This document shows positions 1 to 9,090 of a stretch of 64,000 nucleotides of DNA, piece after piece. The DNA comes from an uncultured Cryomorphaceae bacterium (lineage in GTDB: Bacteria > Bacteroidota > Bacteroidia > Flavobacteriales > UBA7430): positions 14,692 through 78,691 of the forward strand of contig CAZEWZ010000003.1 in NCBI GenBank assembly GCA_964516765.1, written 5' to 3'. Under the pieces are notes generated by a model. It did not search any database, was not told where the DNA came from, and saw nothing but the letters and a program-made list of their open reading frames with translations. Made by a program: the position numbers and the translations under genes. Every line of letters begins with the position of its first letter. Position 1 is the first letter of the stretch.

Positions 1-1
1 T

Positions 2-172
<171 letters not shown>

Positions 173-184
173 TTATTTAGCACT

Positions 185-430
185 ATGGATATCGAAAATC
201 TCATTGAAGATCAGCCCAATAATCCCTTGCATGGTGTCAAGCTAGTGGAGATATTAGAATATTTATATGGACTGTATGGATGGAATGAATTAGGAGAACG
301 CCTAGGCATTTATTGTTTTTTAAATAAACCGACTTTTAAGTCCAGTTTGAAGTTTTTACGAAAAACTCCTTGGGCGAGAGACAAAGTAGAATCTTTATAT
401 TTATTTAGCAAAAATGGTTCAAAAGAATAA
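185..430 (+). CDS. DUF2132 (VF530-like) small conserved protein
   Basis: 81 aa with an ATG start. NPLHGVKLVEILEYLYGLYGWNELGERL...KSSLKFLRKTPWARDKVE matches my recollection of the DUF2132 consensus. Confidence 0.6.
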   Translation: MDIENLIEDQPNNPLHGVKLVEILEYLYGLYGWNELGERLGIYCFLNKPTFKSSLKFLRKTPWARDKVESLYLFSKNGSKE

Positions 431-510
431 AACCTTAGCATAAGTACGAGTTATTTCCCTTGGATGTTTTTTCTTAAATTTACCAAACATATTATAGAAG
501 GTTTTAATTT

Positions 511-2916
511 ATGACATCATCTAAAAATAAAGAAATTTCATTTGAAGATTTCCGACAAGAAATCCTCTCTGATTACCTTTTGGCCTGTGAAAGCAGAGAA
601 GCAAGTCTTTTAGGTAGAAGAGAAGTTTTGACTGGAAAGGCTAAGTTTGGGATTTTTGGAGATGGAAAAGAGTTAGCTCAAATTGCCATGGCAAAGGTCT
701 TCAAAAATGGAGACTTTAGATCTGGATATTACCGTGACCAAACTTTCATGATGGCGATTGGCCAGATGAATATTCAAGAAATGTTTGCAGCCCTATATGG
801 CCATACTGATTTAGAAGCAGAACCCGCTTCAGCCGGGCGTCAGATGGGGGGACATTATGCCACTCGAACACTGGATAAAGACGGAATGTGGAAAAACCTG
901 ATGGAGATGAAAAATTCGTCTGCAGATATTTCCTGTACTTCGGGTCAGATGCCACGTTTACTTGGACTTGCGCAGGCATCACAAGTATATAGAAATAACA
1001 AAGATTTAGCCTCTTGGACTTCTTTTTCCCATCAAGGAAATGAAATAGCTTTTGGTACTATAGGTAATGCAAGTACTTCAGAAGGACCCTTTTTTGAGGC
1101 TATTAACGCTGCCGGTGTTCTCCAAGTCCCAATGGTTATGTCAGTTTGGGATGACGGTTATGGAATATCCGTTCCTGCTAAATACCAAACAACTAAAGAG
1201 AATATTTCTGAAATACTCAAAGGTTTTCAGAGAGATGAAAATGGCGATGGTTTTGAAATTATTACTGTTAGGGGTTGGGATTATCCTGCTTTGATAGAAG
1301 CATATAAAAAGGCTGAAAAAATTGCCCGTAAAAAACATGTCCCTTGTTTAATTCATGTCATGGAAGTGACACAGCCTCAAGGTCATTCGACTTCTGGATC
1401 TCATGAAAGATACAAATCCAAGAAACGCTTGGAATGGGAGGACGACTTTGATCCTATTAAAAAAATGGGGGAGTGGATGATTCAATCAAATATCTCCACT
1501 AAAGAAGAAATGGATGCAATATCTAATGAGGCTAAGAAAAATGTCAGATTAGCTAAGGTAGAGGCTTGGAGGGCATTTATTCAGCCTCTAAATAAAGAAA
1601 AATTAGCTATGCAATCGCTATTAAAAGCTCTTTCTTTAGAAAGTATTAACAAAGTTTTTATTGAAAAAATAGCACAAGAAATCTCAGAGATTTCCGAACC
1701 TATCCGAAAAGATATATTTAATGCTGGAAGAAAAGCGCTTCGTTTAGTTAGAGATGAAGATTCCTCCGCAAGGCAAAATTTAATTGCTTGGCTTACTTCC
1801 GAGAAGCATAAAAATATAGAGAGATTTAGTAGCCACTTAATGAGTGAGTCTTCTTTGGCTTCTCATAATATCAAAGAAGTAAAACCCGAATATCACGAAA
1901 GTGAAGAGGTAGATGCCCGTTTAATTCTTCGAGATAATTTTGATTTGATTCTAGGTTCTAGGCCAGAAACCTTGATTTTTGGTGAAGATTCAGGGAAAAT
2001 AGGTGATGTAAATCAAGGCTTAGAAGGGCTTCAAGATAAATATGGAGAAGCTAGAGTAGCAGATACAGGAATTCGAGAGGCCACCATTATAGGTCAGGGA
2101 ATAGGAATGGCTATGAGAGGTCTACGTCCGATTGCAGAAATACAGTATTTAGACTATTTACTTTATGCTATCCAGATCATGAGCGATGATTTAGCAACGC
2201 TTCATTATCGGACCAAGGGCGGTCAAAAAGCTCCATTAATCATTCGTACTCGAGGTCATCGCTTGGAAGGAATTTGGCATTCCGGTTCTCCCATGGGAAT
2301 GATAGTCAATGCCTTGAGAGGAATCAATGTTTTGGTCCCAAGAAATATGACAAAGGCAGCAGGATTTTACAATACCATGTTGGATTCTGATGATCCTGCT
2401 TTAATTGTAGAATGTCTCAATGGATATCGACTTAAAGAGCAGATGCCTTCCAATCTTTCTGATATTAGAACGCCTGTGGGTATTCCAGAGGTTACCCAAA
2501 AGGGACTGGATATTACCCTAGTTACTTATGGTTCTACATGGCGATTGGTTATGGAAGCGGCGCAAGAATTATTAATCCTTGGTATTTCAGCAGAAGTTAT
2601 TGATGTTCAATCATTACTCCCTTTTGATATAAATCATCTCATATTAGAAAGTGTTAAGAAAACCAATCGGCTTATTTTTATTGATGAAGATGTTCCTGGA
2701 GGTGCAACTGCTTTTATGATGCAAAAAGTTGTAGATGACCAAAACGCATATCTTCACTTAGACAGTTCCCCCATTGCCATTTCTGCTCAGTCTCACAGAC
2801 CCGCATATGGCACAGATGGCGATTATTTTTCTAAGCCAAGCTGCGATGACATTGTCGAAAAAGTCTACGAAGTGATGCACGAATCAAATCCCAATGAATA
2901 CCCAACCTTGTTCTAA
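511..2916 (+). CDS. fused alpha/beta E1 component of a 2-oxoacid (branched-chain keto acid type) dehydrogenase
   Basis: 801 aa. The N-terminal half is E1-alpha-like and TPP-binding (GNASTSEG...WDDGYGIS, GHSTSGSHERY). The C-terminal half is E1-beta/transketolase-like (VADTGIREATIIGQGIGMA, AEIQYLDYL, LVPRNMTKAAG). Confidence 0.8.
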   Translation: MTSSKNKEISFEDFRQEILSDYLLACESREASLLGRREVLTGKAKFGIFGDGKELAQIAMAKVFKNGDFRSGYYRDQTFMMAIGQMNIQEMFAALYGHTDLEAEPASAGRQMGGHYATRTLDKDGMWKNLMEMKNSSADISCTSGQMPRLLGLAQASQVYRNNKDLASWTSFSHQGNEIAFGTIGNASTSEGPFFEAINAAGVLQVPMVMSVWDDGYGISVPAKYQTTKENISEILKGFQRDENGDGFEIITVRGWDYPALIEAYKKAEKIARKKHVPCLIHVMEVTQPQGHSTSGSHERYKSKKRLEWEDDFDPIKKMGEWMIQSNISTKEEMDAISNEAKKNVRLAKVEAWRAFIQPLNKEKLAMQSLLKALSLESINKVFIEKIAQEISEISEPIRKDIFNAGRKALRLVRDEDSSARQNLIAWLTSEKHKNIERFSSHLMSESSLASHNIKEVKPEYHESEEVDARLILRDNFDLILGSRPETLIFGEDSGKIGDVNQGLEGLQDKYGEARVADTGIREATIIGQGIGMAMRGLRPIAEIQYLDYLLYAIQIMSDDLATLHYRTKGGQKAPLIIRTRGHRLEGIWHSGSPMGMIVNALRGINVLVPRNMTKAAGFYNTMLDSDDPALIVECLNGYRLKEQMPSNLSDIRTPVGIPEVTQKGLDITLVTYGSTWRLVMEAAQELLILGISAEVIDVQSLLPFDINHLILESVKKTNRLIFIDEDVPGGATAFMMQKVVDDQNAYLHLDSSPIAISAQSHRPAYGTDGDYFSKPSCDDIVEKVYEVMHESNPNEYPTLF

Positions 2917-3010
2917 GATGATCCAGTTATGAGTTTTAGCCCTGTTTATTAGAATTAATAGTTGTATTTTTTATAAAAATAATTCAATAGTATTTATTCC
3001 AGACAAAATC

Positions 3011-3820
3011 ATGAAGACAACCGAGGAAGAAAGTCTATATCAAAATCTAGAATCTCAGTCTTTTTCTGTTTTGTTACATCAAATGAATCAAGAAGATCAA
3101 AAAGTGGCAAATGCAGTTAGAGAGTCTCTACACCAAGTTGAAATAGTAGTTGAAGCTATTTTTCCAAAAATGAAAAATGGGGGCCGCTTATTTTATATAG
3201 GTGCAGGAACTAGTGGACGATTAGGTATCTTAGATGCATCAGAGTGCCCACCGACATTTGGCGTTTCACATGATCGGGTCATTGGAATTATTGCGGGTGG
3301 TGATGAAGCAATAAGAAAAGCTGTTGAATTCGCAGAAGATGACAAAATGCTCGGTTGGGCCGACTTAAAAGCACAAGAAATCTGTGCATTAGATTCGGTG
3401 ATTGGCATCGCTGCGTCAGGTTCTACACCCTATGTAGTTTCTGCTTTGGAAGCATGCCAGTCTGCATCAATTCTTACTGCATGCATTACTTGTAATCTAG
3501 ATTCCGAACTAAGCGGTTGTTCAGATTTTCCTATTGAGATCGAGGTGGGGCCCGAATATGTCACTGGAAGCACAAGAATGAAATCTGGCAGCGCCCAGAA
3601 AATGGTTTTAAATATGATTTCTACTTCTCTGATGATTAAGCTAGGAAAGGTAAATGGAAATAAAATGGTTGACATGCAGTTGACTAATGACAAACTAGTT
3701 GCCAGAGGAACGAAGATGGTCGCTATGGAAACAAATGTCGACGCAAATCTTGCTAAGACATACCTTCTAAAGTATGGTTCAGTTCGTGCTGCTGTTAAGG
3801 CATTTAAAAGCGGGAAATAA
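3011..3820 (+). CDS. murQ: N-acetylmuramic acid 6-phosphate etherase
   Basis: 269-aa SIS-domain protein. The GRLFYIGAGTSGRLGILDASECPPTFG and TGSTRMKSGSAQK motifs are typical of MurQ. Confidence 0.85.
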   Translation: MKTTEEESLYQNLESQSFSVLLHQMNQEDQKVANAVRESLHQVEIVVEAIFPKMKNGGRLFYIGAGTSGRLGILDASECPPTFGVSHDRVIGIIAGGDEAIRKAVEFAEDDKMLGWADLKAQEICALDSVIGIAASGSTPYVVSALEACQSASILTACITCNLDSELSGCSDFPIEIEVGPEYVTGSTRMKSGSAQKMVLNMISTSLMIKLGKVNGNKMVDMQLTNDKLVARGTKMVAMETNVDANLAKTYLLKYGSVRAAVKAFKSGK

Positions 3821-3883
3821 TCTATATTCGCAAAGTAAGAACTGTCATAGATGAGACATTTCTTTATTAAAAATTAATAATTT

Positions 3884-5134
3884 ATGACATTTAAGGAATT
3901 CAATTTTCATCAAGATATTCAAGAAGGTTTGGATGCAATGCATTTTAAAAAGCCAACCCCTGTTCAAGAACTTGCTATTCCAGTGATTATCAAAGGCCGT
4001 GACATTATTGCTTGTGCCCAAACTGGAACTGGGAAAACTGCTGCATTTCTTTTGCCAATACTGAATGAACTTCATAAGGTTAAAAAGAAAAAGATTCGCG
4101 CCATTATCATCGCGCCCACAAGAGAGTTGGCACAACAGATTGACCAACAATTTGACGGTTTCTCTTATTTTGCACAAGTCAGCTCCCAGGCAGTATATGG
4201 TGGGGGAGACGGAAAGAGTTGGACAGCACAATCGGAAGCTCTAAAAAAGGGAACTGAGGTCATTATTGCTACTCCGGGAAGGCTTTTATCTTTTTTATCC
4301 ATTGCCAACATCGATTTATCCGGTATTGAATATCTTATTTTAGATGAAGCAGACCGTATGTTAGACATGGGCTTCAATCAAGATATTATGCGTATTGTTG
4401 ATAAGCTTCCCAAAGACAGACAGACTTTATTATTTTCGGCGACTATGCCTCCTAAAATTATCAATCTAGCACAAAATATTCTTCGTAATCCCGAGCGTGT
4501 TAATGTAGCTATCTCAAAACCAGCAGAAACTATCCGACAAGAGGCATACCTAAGCTATGATAATCAGAAGCCCTTGCTAGTTGCTCATATATTGAAGTCT
4601 ATGGACTTCGAGTCAGTGATTGTTTTTTCCTCTACTAAAAAGAATATTTCTGTTATTCAGCGAGAGTTAAAAAAACAAGGGATTGACTCCAAAGCAATGT
4701 CCTCTGATTTAGAACAAAATGAACGTGAGGAGGTAATGGATCAATTCAAAGGAAAGAAATTTAAAACTCTTGTAGCTACAGATATTGTTTCCAGAGGAAT
4801 AGATATTAAAGGAATTTCATTGGTGATTAATTATGATATTCCTTCTGATGCCGAGGATTATATTCATCGTATTGGAAGAACAGGAAGAAATGAGTCTGAG
4901 GGGCATGCCATAACTTTGATCAATGACAGAGATCAAATATTATTTTATAATATAGAAGCCCTTATAGACAAGGTGGTTGATAAAATTCCTATGCCAGAGA
5001 AAATAGGTATAGCTCCAGATTATGAACCTCACAGAAAAAGGAAAACTCCAAATAACAACAATCGAAAAAAGAGATTTAATCCTAAATTAAAAGGGAAACC
5101 TCGATTTAATACAAATTCTAAATCCTCTAATTAA
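3884..5134 (+). CDS. DEAD-box ATP-dependent RNA helicase (RhlE-like)
   Basis: Motifs present: Walker A AQTGTGKT, DEAD box (LDEADRML), SAT and HRIGRTGR. It has a lysine/arginine/asparagine-rich C-terminal tail. Confidence 0.9.
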   Translation: MTFKEFNFHQDIQEGLDAMHFKKPTPVQELAIPVIIKGRDIIACAQTGTGKTAAFLLPILNELHKVKKKKIRAIIIAPTRELAQQIDQQFDGFSYFAQVSSQAVYGGGDGKSWTAQSEALKKGTEVIIATPGRLLSFLSIANIDLSGIEYLILDEADRMLDMGFNQDIMRIVDKLPKDRQTLLFSATMPPKIINLAQNILRNPERVNVAISKPAETIRQEAYLSYDNQKPLLVAHILKSMDFESVIVFSSTKKNISVIQRELKKQGIDSKAMSSDLEQNEREEVMDQFKGKKFKTLVATDIVSRGIDIKGISLVINYDIPSDAEDYIHRIGRTGRNESEGHAITLINDRDQILFYNIEALIDKVVDKIPMPEKIGIAPDYEPHRKRKTPNNNNRKKRFNPKLKGKPRFNTNSKSSN

Positions 5135-5143
5135 TATTCTTTA

Positions 5144-5992
5144 TTAGGATGAAGCGAGCAAATGAATACCATCTTTTTTTATGTCAATCATTTTGTCTTT
5201 GTAGAGATTTCCGATGGCTTTTTTGAAGACTTTTTTACTCATTTCTAGTTCTTCGTAAATATTTTCGGGCGCAGATTTATCATGTAGAGGTAAAAATCCG
5301 TTGGCATCGTAAAGTGCTTCAATAATTTGTGATCGTGCGTCTTTTACTTCTTCCATTCCTATTTTTTTAAGTGTAATATCAATTTTTTGGTCGCTATCGC
5401 GAATAGCTTTTACATAACCGATTGTTTTTTGACCTTCACTAAGGTTTTGAAAAATTTCGTTTTGAAATATTAATCCCCAAAAGGCATTGTTTACTATGAC
5501 TCGAACACCTAATTCTGTTTCATCACAGATTAATATGTCCACTTGTTGACCAATTTCTAATTCCTCAGCTTCGTTTTTAACATGTCTGTGCACCTTAGCA
5601 GTACCAGCAATTCTGTCTGTCTGTTCATCAACATAGGCATAAACTAAATAGGTCCCTTTGTCTATCATCGGCGAGCGTTGCTGAGAGATAGGGACAAATA
5701 AATCTTTTGGAAGACCCCAGTCCAAAAAGGCTCCATAATTTTCTACTTTATTCACAGTTAAATAGGCAAACTCTCCAATATTTATGTAGGGTTCAAGACG
5801 AGTTGCAATGATTCTATCTTCAGAATCTTTATAGATAAATACATCCATAAAATCACCTACTTCAACTCCTCGAGGAACATATCTTTTTGGAAGTAAAATC
5901 CCATTGTGTTCTCTATTTGTTGTATCAAGAAACAACCCAATTTCTGTACATCTTAATACTTCAAGATTTAATCTTTTACCTACTATACTCAT
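5144..5992 (-). CDS. S1-domain RNA-binding protein (CvfB/YitL-like)
   Basis: Repeated S1-like segments. The ORF-track start at 6007 is a TTG. The first ATG (5990-5992) overlaps the yaaA stop as ATGA, so I prefer it. Confidence 0.6.
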   Translation of the reverse strand: MSIVGKRLNLEVLRCTEIGLFLDTTNREHNGILLPKRYVPRGVEVGDFMDVFIYKDSEDRIIATRLEPYINIGEFAYLTVNKVENYGAFLDWGLPKDLFVPISQQRSPMIDKGTYLVYAYVDEQTDRIAGTAKVHRHVKNEAEELEIGQQVDILICDETELGVRVIVNNAFWGLIFQNEIFQNLSEGQKTIGYVKAIRDSDQKIDITLKKIGMEEVKDARSQIIEALYDANGFLPLHDKSAPENIYEELEMSKKVFKKAIGNLYKDKMIDIKKDGIHLLASS

Positions 5993-6741
5993 CTTGTAAA
6001 TACCCAATTAGTATCGGAAGATATTGATGCACAAAAGGCATATCCACCTTGGTTAAAACGCTTTAATTCTTCTGGATCTTGAACCTTATTTTCAATTACA
6101 AACCGACTCATCATCCCTCGAGCTTTTTTTGCATATATCGCTACAATTTTTAGAACTCCATTTTTTTCATCCTTAAAGACAGGTTGTATTACTTTTGCAC
6201 TTAATTTATTAACTTTTATAGATTTAAAATACTCATTTGAAGCTAGGTTAATGAGCCAATCTTTTTCTCTCCGATTTAGTTCATTTGTTAGTTGATCTCC
6301 CCAAAATTCATATAGATTCTTCCCCATCTGGTTTGACATATTTGTTCCCATTTCAAGTCGATAAGCTTGCATTAGGTCTAAAGGGCGGAGCAGCCCATAT
6401 AAGCCAGAAAGAATACTTAGATTCATTTGAGCAAATTCTATTTGGTCATCAGACAGGGAATCTGCATCTAGTCCAGAATAGACATCTCCTTTAAAAGCGA
6501 ATATAGCAGGCTTTGCATTACTGTTCGTGAAAGGTGTACTCCACTCGTTAAATCTGTTTGCATTGAGTTCTCCAATTTTTCGGCTTACTTTCATGAGGGC
6601 TTGAATCTCGCTAGAGTTCAATCGACTTAATCCATTGACTAGAGCTTGAGATTTATCCAAAAAGGGTGAATGGGTACTTTTTAGTTTCATTTCCCTTTGA
6701 TTCATATCCAAGGTCTTTGCGGGAGATATAATTACATGCAT
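5989..6741 (-). CDS. yaaA: peroxide stress protein YaaA (UPF0246)
   Basis: 250 aa. The N-terminus MHVIISPAKTLD and the overall length are typical of the YaaA family. Confidence 0.85.
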   Translation of the reverse strand: MHVIISPAKTLDMNQREMKLKSTHSPFLDKSQALVNGLSRLNSSEIQALMKVSRKIGELNANRFNEWSTPFTNSNAKPAIFAFKGDVYSGLDADSLSDDQIEFAQMNLSILSGLYGLLRPLDLMQAYRLEMGTNMSNQMGKNLYEFWGDQLTNELNRREKDWLINLASNEYFKSIKVNKLSAKVIQPVFKDEKNGVLKIVAIYAKKARGMMSRFVIENKVQDPEELKRFNQGGYAFCASISSDTNWVFTR

Positions 6742-6847
6742 TACATTATATTTTCAGTAAAAGTACTAATTTCAAGTTTATATATTTTTTTCATAGGATG
6801 CAGTCAAAAATTAGTAATAGTAGATTAGTTTCAATAAATTAGATTAA

Positions 6848-6877
6848 TTTGTACTCGTACAGTTTTCCTCATATTTG
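6848..6877 (+). promoter_or_regulatory. candidate Bacteroidota sigma-A promoter for ftsE (-33 TTTG, -7 CATATTTG)
   Basis: TTTG (6848-6851), an 18-nt spacer, then CATATTTG (6870-6877; one mismatch to TAnnTTTG). It lies 32 nt upstream of the ATG at 6909. Confidence 0.35.
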
Positions 6878-6908
6878 TTTACAAACTTTTAATTTTCAAA
6901 CTATAATT

Positions 6909-7595
6909 ATGCCAACTTCGATTATTCAATTAAAGGAAGCAAAAATATATCAGAAAGATCATTTAGTTCTTCAAAATGTTAATATAGATTTGGCTTCGGG
7001 AGATTTTATTTATCTAATTGGTAAAACAGGAAGTGGTAAGAGTAGTTTGTTAAAGACTCTATACGGCGATCTTCCCCTTCAACATGGCATCGGAGAAGTT
7101 GCCGGATATGATTTATCTAAACTTAAAGAAAAGAATATTCCATATTTAAGGCGAGGAATTGGTGTTGTTTTTCAAGACTTTCAATTGTTGACGGATCGTT
7201 CAGTTAAAGATAATTTAAGTTTTGTTCTCTTTGCCACTGGTTGGTCCATGAAGAATAAAATAGAAACGCGAATTTCAGATGTTCTTGAGCAAGTAGGTAT
7301 GGCTAATAAAGATTATAAAATGCCTCATGAGCTATCCGGTGGAGAGCAGCAGAGAGTTGCCATTGCGCGTGCTCTTCTGAACGAACCTCAATTAATCTTA
7401 GCAGACGAACCCACAGGGAATTTAGACCCTGATACTTCTAGAGAAATTATGCGTGTATTAAAAGAAATACAAGCCCAGGGAAAAGCTATTTTTATGGCTA
7501 CTCATGATTATTCCATTATTCAAGATTTCCCATCACAGATAATTCGTTGTACTGGTGGCTCTATTTTTCCTGAAGAAACATTGAAAGCTCTCTAG
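6909..7595 (+). CDS. ftsE: cell division ATP-binding protein FtsE
   Basis: ABC ATPase with Walker A GKTGSGKSS, signature LSGGEQQRVAIARAL and Walker B ILADEPTGNLD. I moved the start to the ATG at 6909 (MPTSIIQLKEA). The ORF-track extension from 6849 would cover a promoter-like TTTG-N18-CATATTTG. Confidence 0.8.
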   Translation: MPTSIIQLKEAKIYQKDHLVLQNVNIDLASGDFIYLIGKTGSGKSSLLKTLYGDLPLQHGIGEVAGYDLSKLKEKNIPYLRRGIGVVFQDFQLLTDRSVKDNLSFVLFATGWSMKNKIETRISDVLEQVGMANKDYKMPHELSGGEQQRVAIARALLNEPQLILADEPTGNLDPDTSREIMRVLKEIQAQGKAIFMATHDYSIIQDFPSQIIRCTGGSIFPEETLKAL

Positions 7596-8722
7596 AGATT
7601 TATTTTTGCATAAATATCTTCTAGACTTTTTGCTTCATTTTTCCAAACTAATTCTGTTGCTGCACGTTTTAGATTCATTTTCCATTGGGTATTGAGGCTT
7701 TTATTTTCTAGCGCGAATTTAATTTTATCAGCGATATGTCTCGGATCATGGTTATCTATAAAAAGACCGATTCCATAATCCGAAATTATTTTTTCTATTT
7801 CAGGTAATTTGCTTGCAAGTATTGGGGTGTTAGCATGAATATAATCAAAAAGTTTATTTGGTAAACTGAACCTGTAATTGATGTTGCTGTCTTTATCAAG
7901 CGTCAGTCCTAGATGGGCATGTTTGGTGTACTGCATCATTTGCGAATATGGCATTCTGTCTTTAAACAACACACATTCCTCCAGTTTTAGTTCTTGAACT
8001 CTTTTTTTAAGCAGGATAACGACATCTCCATTTCCGACAATCATAAGGCAAACATTTTTCAGGAATTTCATCGCCTCAACGGTTTCCTCTATTCCTCTGT
8101 CTATATTTATTCCAGCTCCTTGAGCTATAACTAAATATTTGTCTTCAGGAATTTGTAGTTCAGCTTTACTTTTTAGTAACTTTTGAGATTCGGGATTGGG
8201 AATATTTCGCATCACATGTAAATCTTTCCCGTATTCTTTTTTGTACAGCTTTGCGATGGAATGATTAATAGTTAAAATATATTTTAATTTAGGGAAAATA
8301 GTTCTCTCTATTTTTGTCCAGATAGCTTTGACAACAGCTTTGTTTTTAATTTCCGGGACTCCAGTGAAGTATTCATGAGAATCGTATACAATCGGTTTGT
8401 TTCTTATTTTAGAAGCTATATAGTTTGCCAAAAGAGTGTCTAAGTCATTAGCATGAAATATATCGACACGCGAGAATAGTAAAAGGAATAAAAGCTTAAA
8501 ATTATATTCTGCATAAAAAAGAGCACCCTTATTAAAAAATAGCCGCATTCTTTTGCATTTATAGGCTCTTTTTAACTCATCACTTTGATTAATCAGTCGC
8601 CCTACCAGAAGAATTTCATAGTTCATTTCGATTAAGCTATCACATACTTTTCTAACTCTTTGGTCAGTATAAAGATCGTTTGTTACAGATACGATGACAC
8701 GCTTATTTGAACTTTTTTTCAT
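7592..8722 (-). CDS. glycosyltransferase, GT4-like (GT-B fold)
   Basis: 376 aa. General GT1/GT4 architecture with a C-terminal nucleotide-sugar binding half (GLTLDKDSNINYRFSLPNKLFDYIHANTPILAS). Confidence 0.7.
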   Translation of the reverse strand: MKKSSNKRVIVSVTNDLYTDQRVRKVCDSLIEMNYEILLVGRLINQSDELKRAYKCKRMRLFFNKGALFYAEYNFKLLFLLLFSRVDIFHANDLDTLLANYIASKIRNKPIVYDSHEYFTGVPEIKNKAVVKAIWTKIERTIFPKLKYILTINHSIAKLYKKEYGKDLHVMRNIPNPESQKLLKSKAELQIPEDKYLVIAQGAGINIDRGIEETVEAMKFLKNVCLMIVGNGDVVILLKKRVQELKLEECVLFKDRMPYSQMMQYTKHAHLGLTLDKDSNINYRFSLPNKLFDYIHANTPILASKLPEIEKIISDYGIGLFIDNHDPRHIADKIKFALENKSLNTQWKMNLKRAATELVWKNEAKSLEDIYAKINL

Positions 8723-8853
8723 TAAAACGAAGATACTAATTCAATTTTAATGAAAATGAATAGATAAAAGTATATCCGAAAAACTATATCTATTATTATG
8801 CTTAAAAATATCTTAATGGACCTTAAGTATTTTAAAATTTTAAAAATTCAATA

Positions 8854-9063
8854 ATGGATACTACAGATTCCAATGGGAATTTATTGAATAATGGGGATTC
8901 TGTCATCTTTACCAAGACAATGAAGGTGAAAGGAACTTAAATTATTCTCAAGAAGGGGATGGAAATAAGGAATATTCGCTTAACCGATAGTCTAGAATAG
9001 ATTGGCGCTAAGTTAGAGGGAACTCATTTGGTATTAAAAACTTTCTTTGTGAATAAAAGATAA
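8854..9063 (+). pseudogene. PhnA/YjdM C-terminal-domain protein, inactivated by two in-frame stop codons
   Basis: A single 70-codon frame reads MDTTDSNGNLLNNGDSVIFTKTMKVKGT*IILKKGMEIRNIRLTDSLE*IGAKLEGTHLVLKTFFVNKR*. The stops are TAA at 8938-8940 and TAG at 8998-9000, with no frameshift. It resembles the PhnA/YjdM pattern DSNGN.L.DGDSV..IKDLKVKGSS..LK.GT.V.NIRL. Confidence 0.6.
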
Positions 9064-9090
9064 GTATTTTGAGTATATAAATGGGTCAAA

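Noticed and set aside
3845-4231. A 128-aa antisense ORF overlapping the start of the DEAD-box helicase gene. Similar long antisense ORFs occur at 12316-12654, 24166-24537, 27064-27399, 49236-49580 and 57398-57727.
   Set aside because: All lie fully within, and antisense to, strongly supported conserved genes. Their translations are low-complexity or Cys/Ser/Phe/Ile-rich with no recognisable motifs. They have no promoter box or independent gap. I treat them as shadow ORFs.
6852-6863. A short inverted repeat TGTAC-tc-GTACA in the yaaA/ftsE divergent region, as a possible operator.
   Set aside because: It has only 5-bp arms in an AT-rich spacer and overlaps the promoter spacer. That is too short to distinguish from chance without comparative data.
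6849-6908. ORF-track N-terminal extensions of ftsE (6849), the TrmH-like gene (19050), the beta-propeller gene (20443), the TonB-like barrel (44563), deoxynucleoside kinase (49357) and ndk (62765).
   Set aside because: Each extension overlaps the preceding gene or a promoter-like element and adds non-conserved residues. Internal ATGs give canonical N-termini, namely signal peptides or P-loops at the expected distance.
7592-7595. The convergent ftsE and glycosyltransferase genes overlap by 4 nt through a shared palindromic CTAG (TAG on both strands).
   Set aside because: This is a curiosity of compact genomes and I can attach no functional implication to it. There is no room for a terminator, but that is common for convergent pairs here (see also 55318/55320).
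8938-9000. The in-frame TAA and TAG in the PhnA-like frame might reflect stop-codon reassignment or programmed readthrough.
   Set aside because: TAA, TAG and TGA all terminate well-supported flanking genes at the expected positions. Examples are TAG for ftsE and the glycosyltransferase, TAA for rpoD and zapA, and TGA for yaaA and ubiE. A pseudogene is the parsimonious reading.
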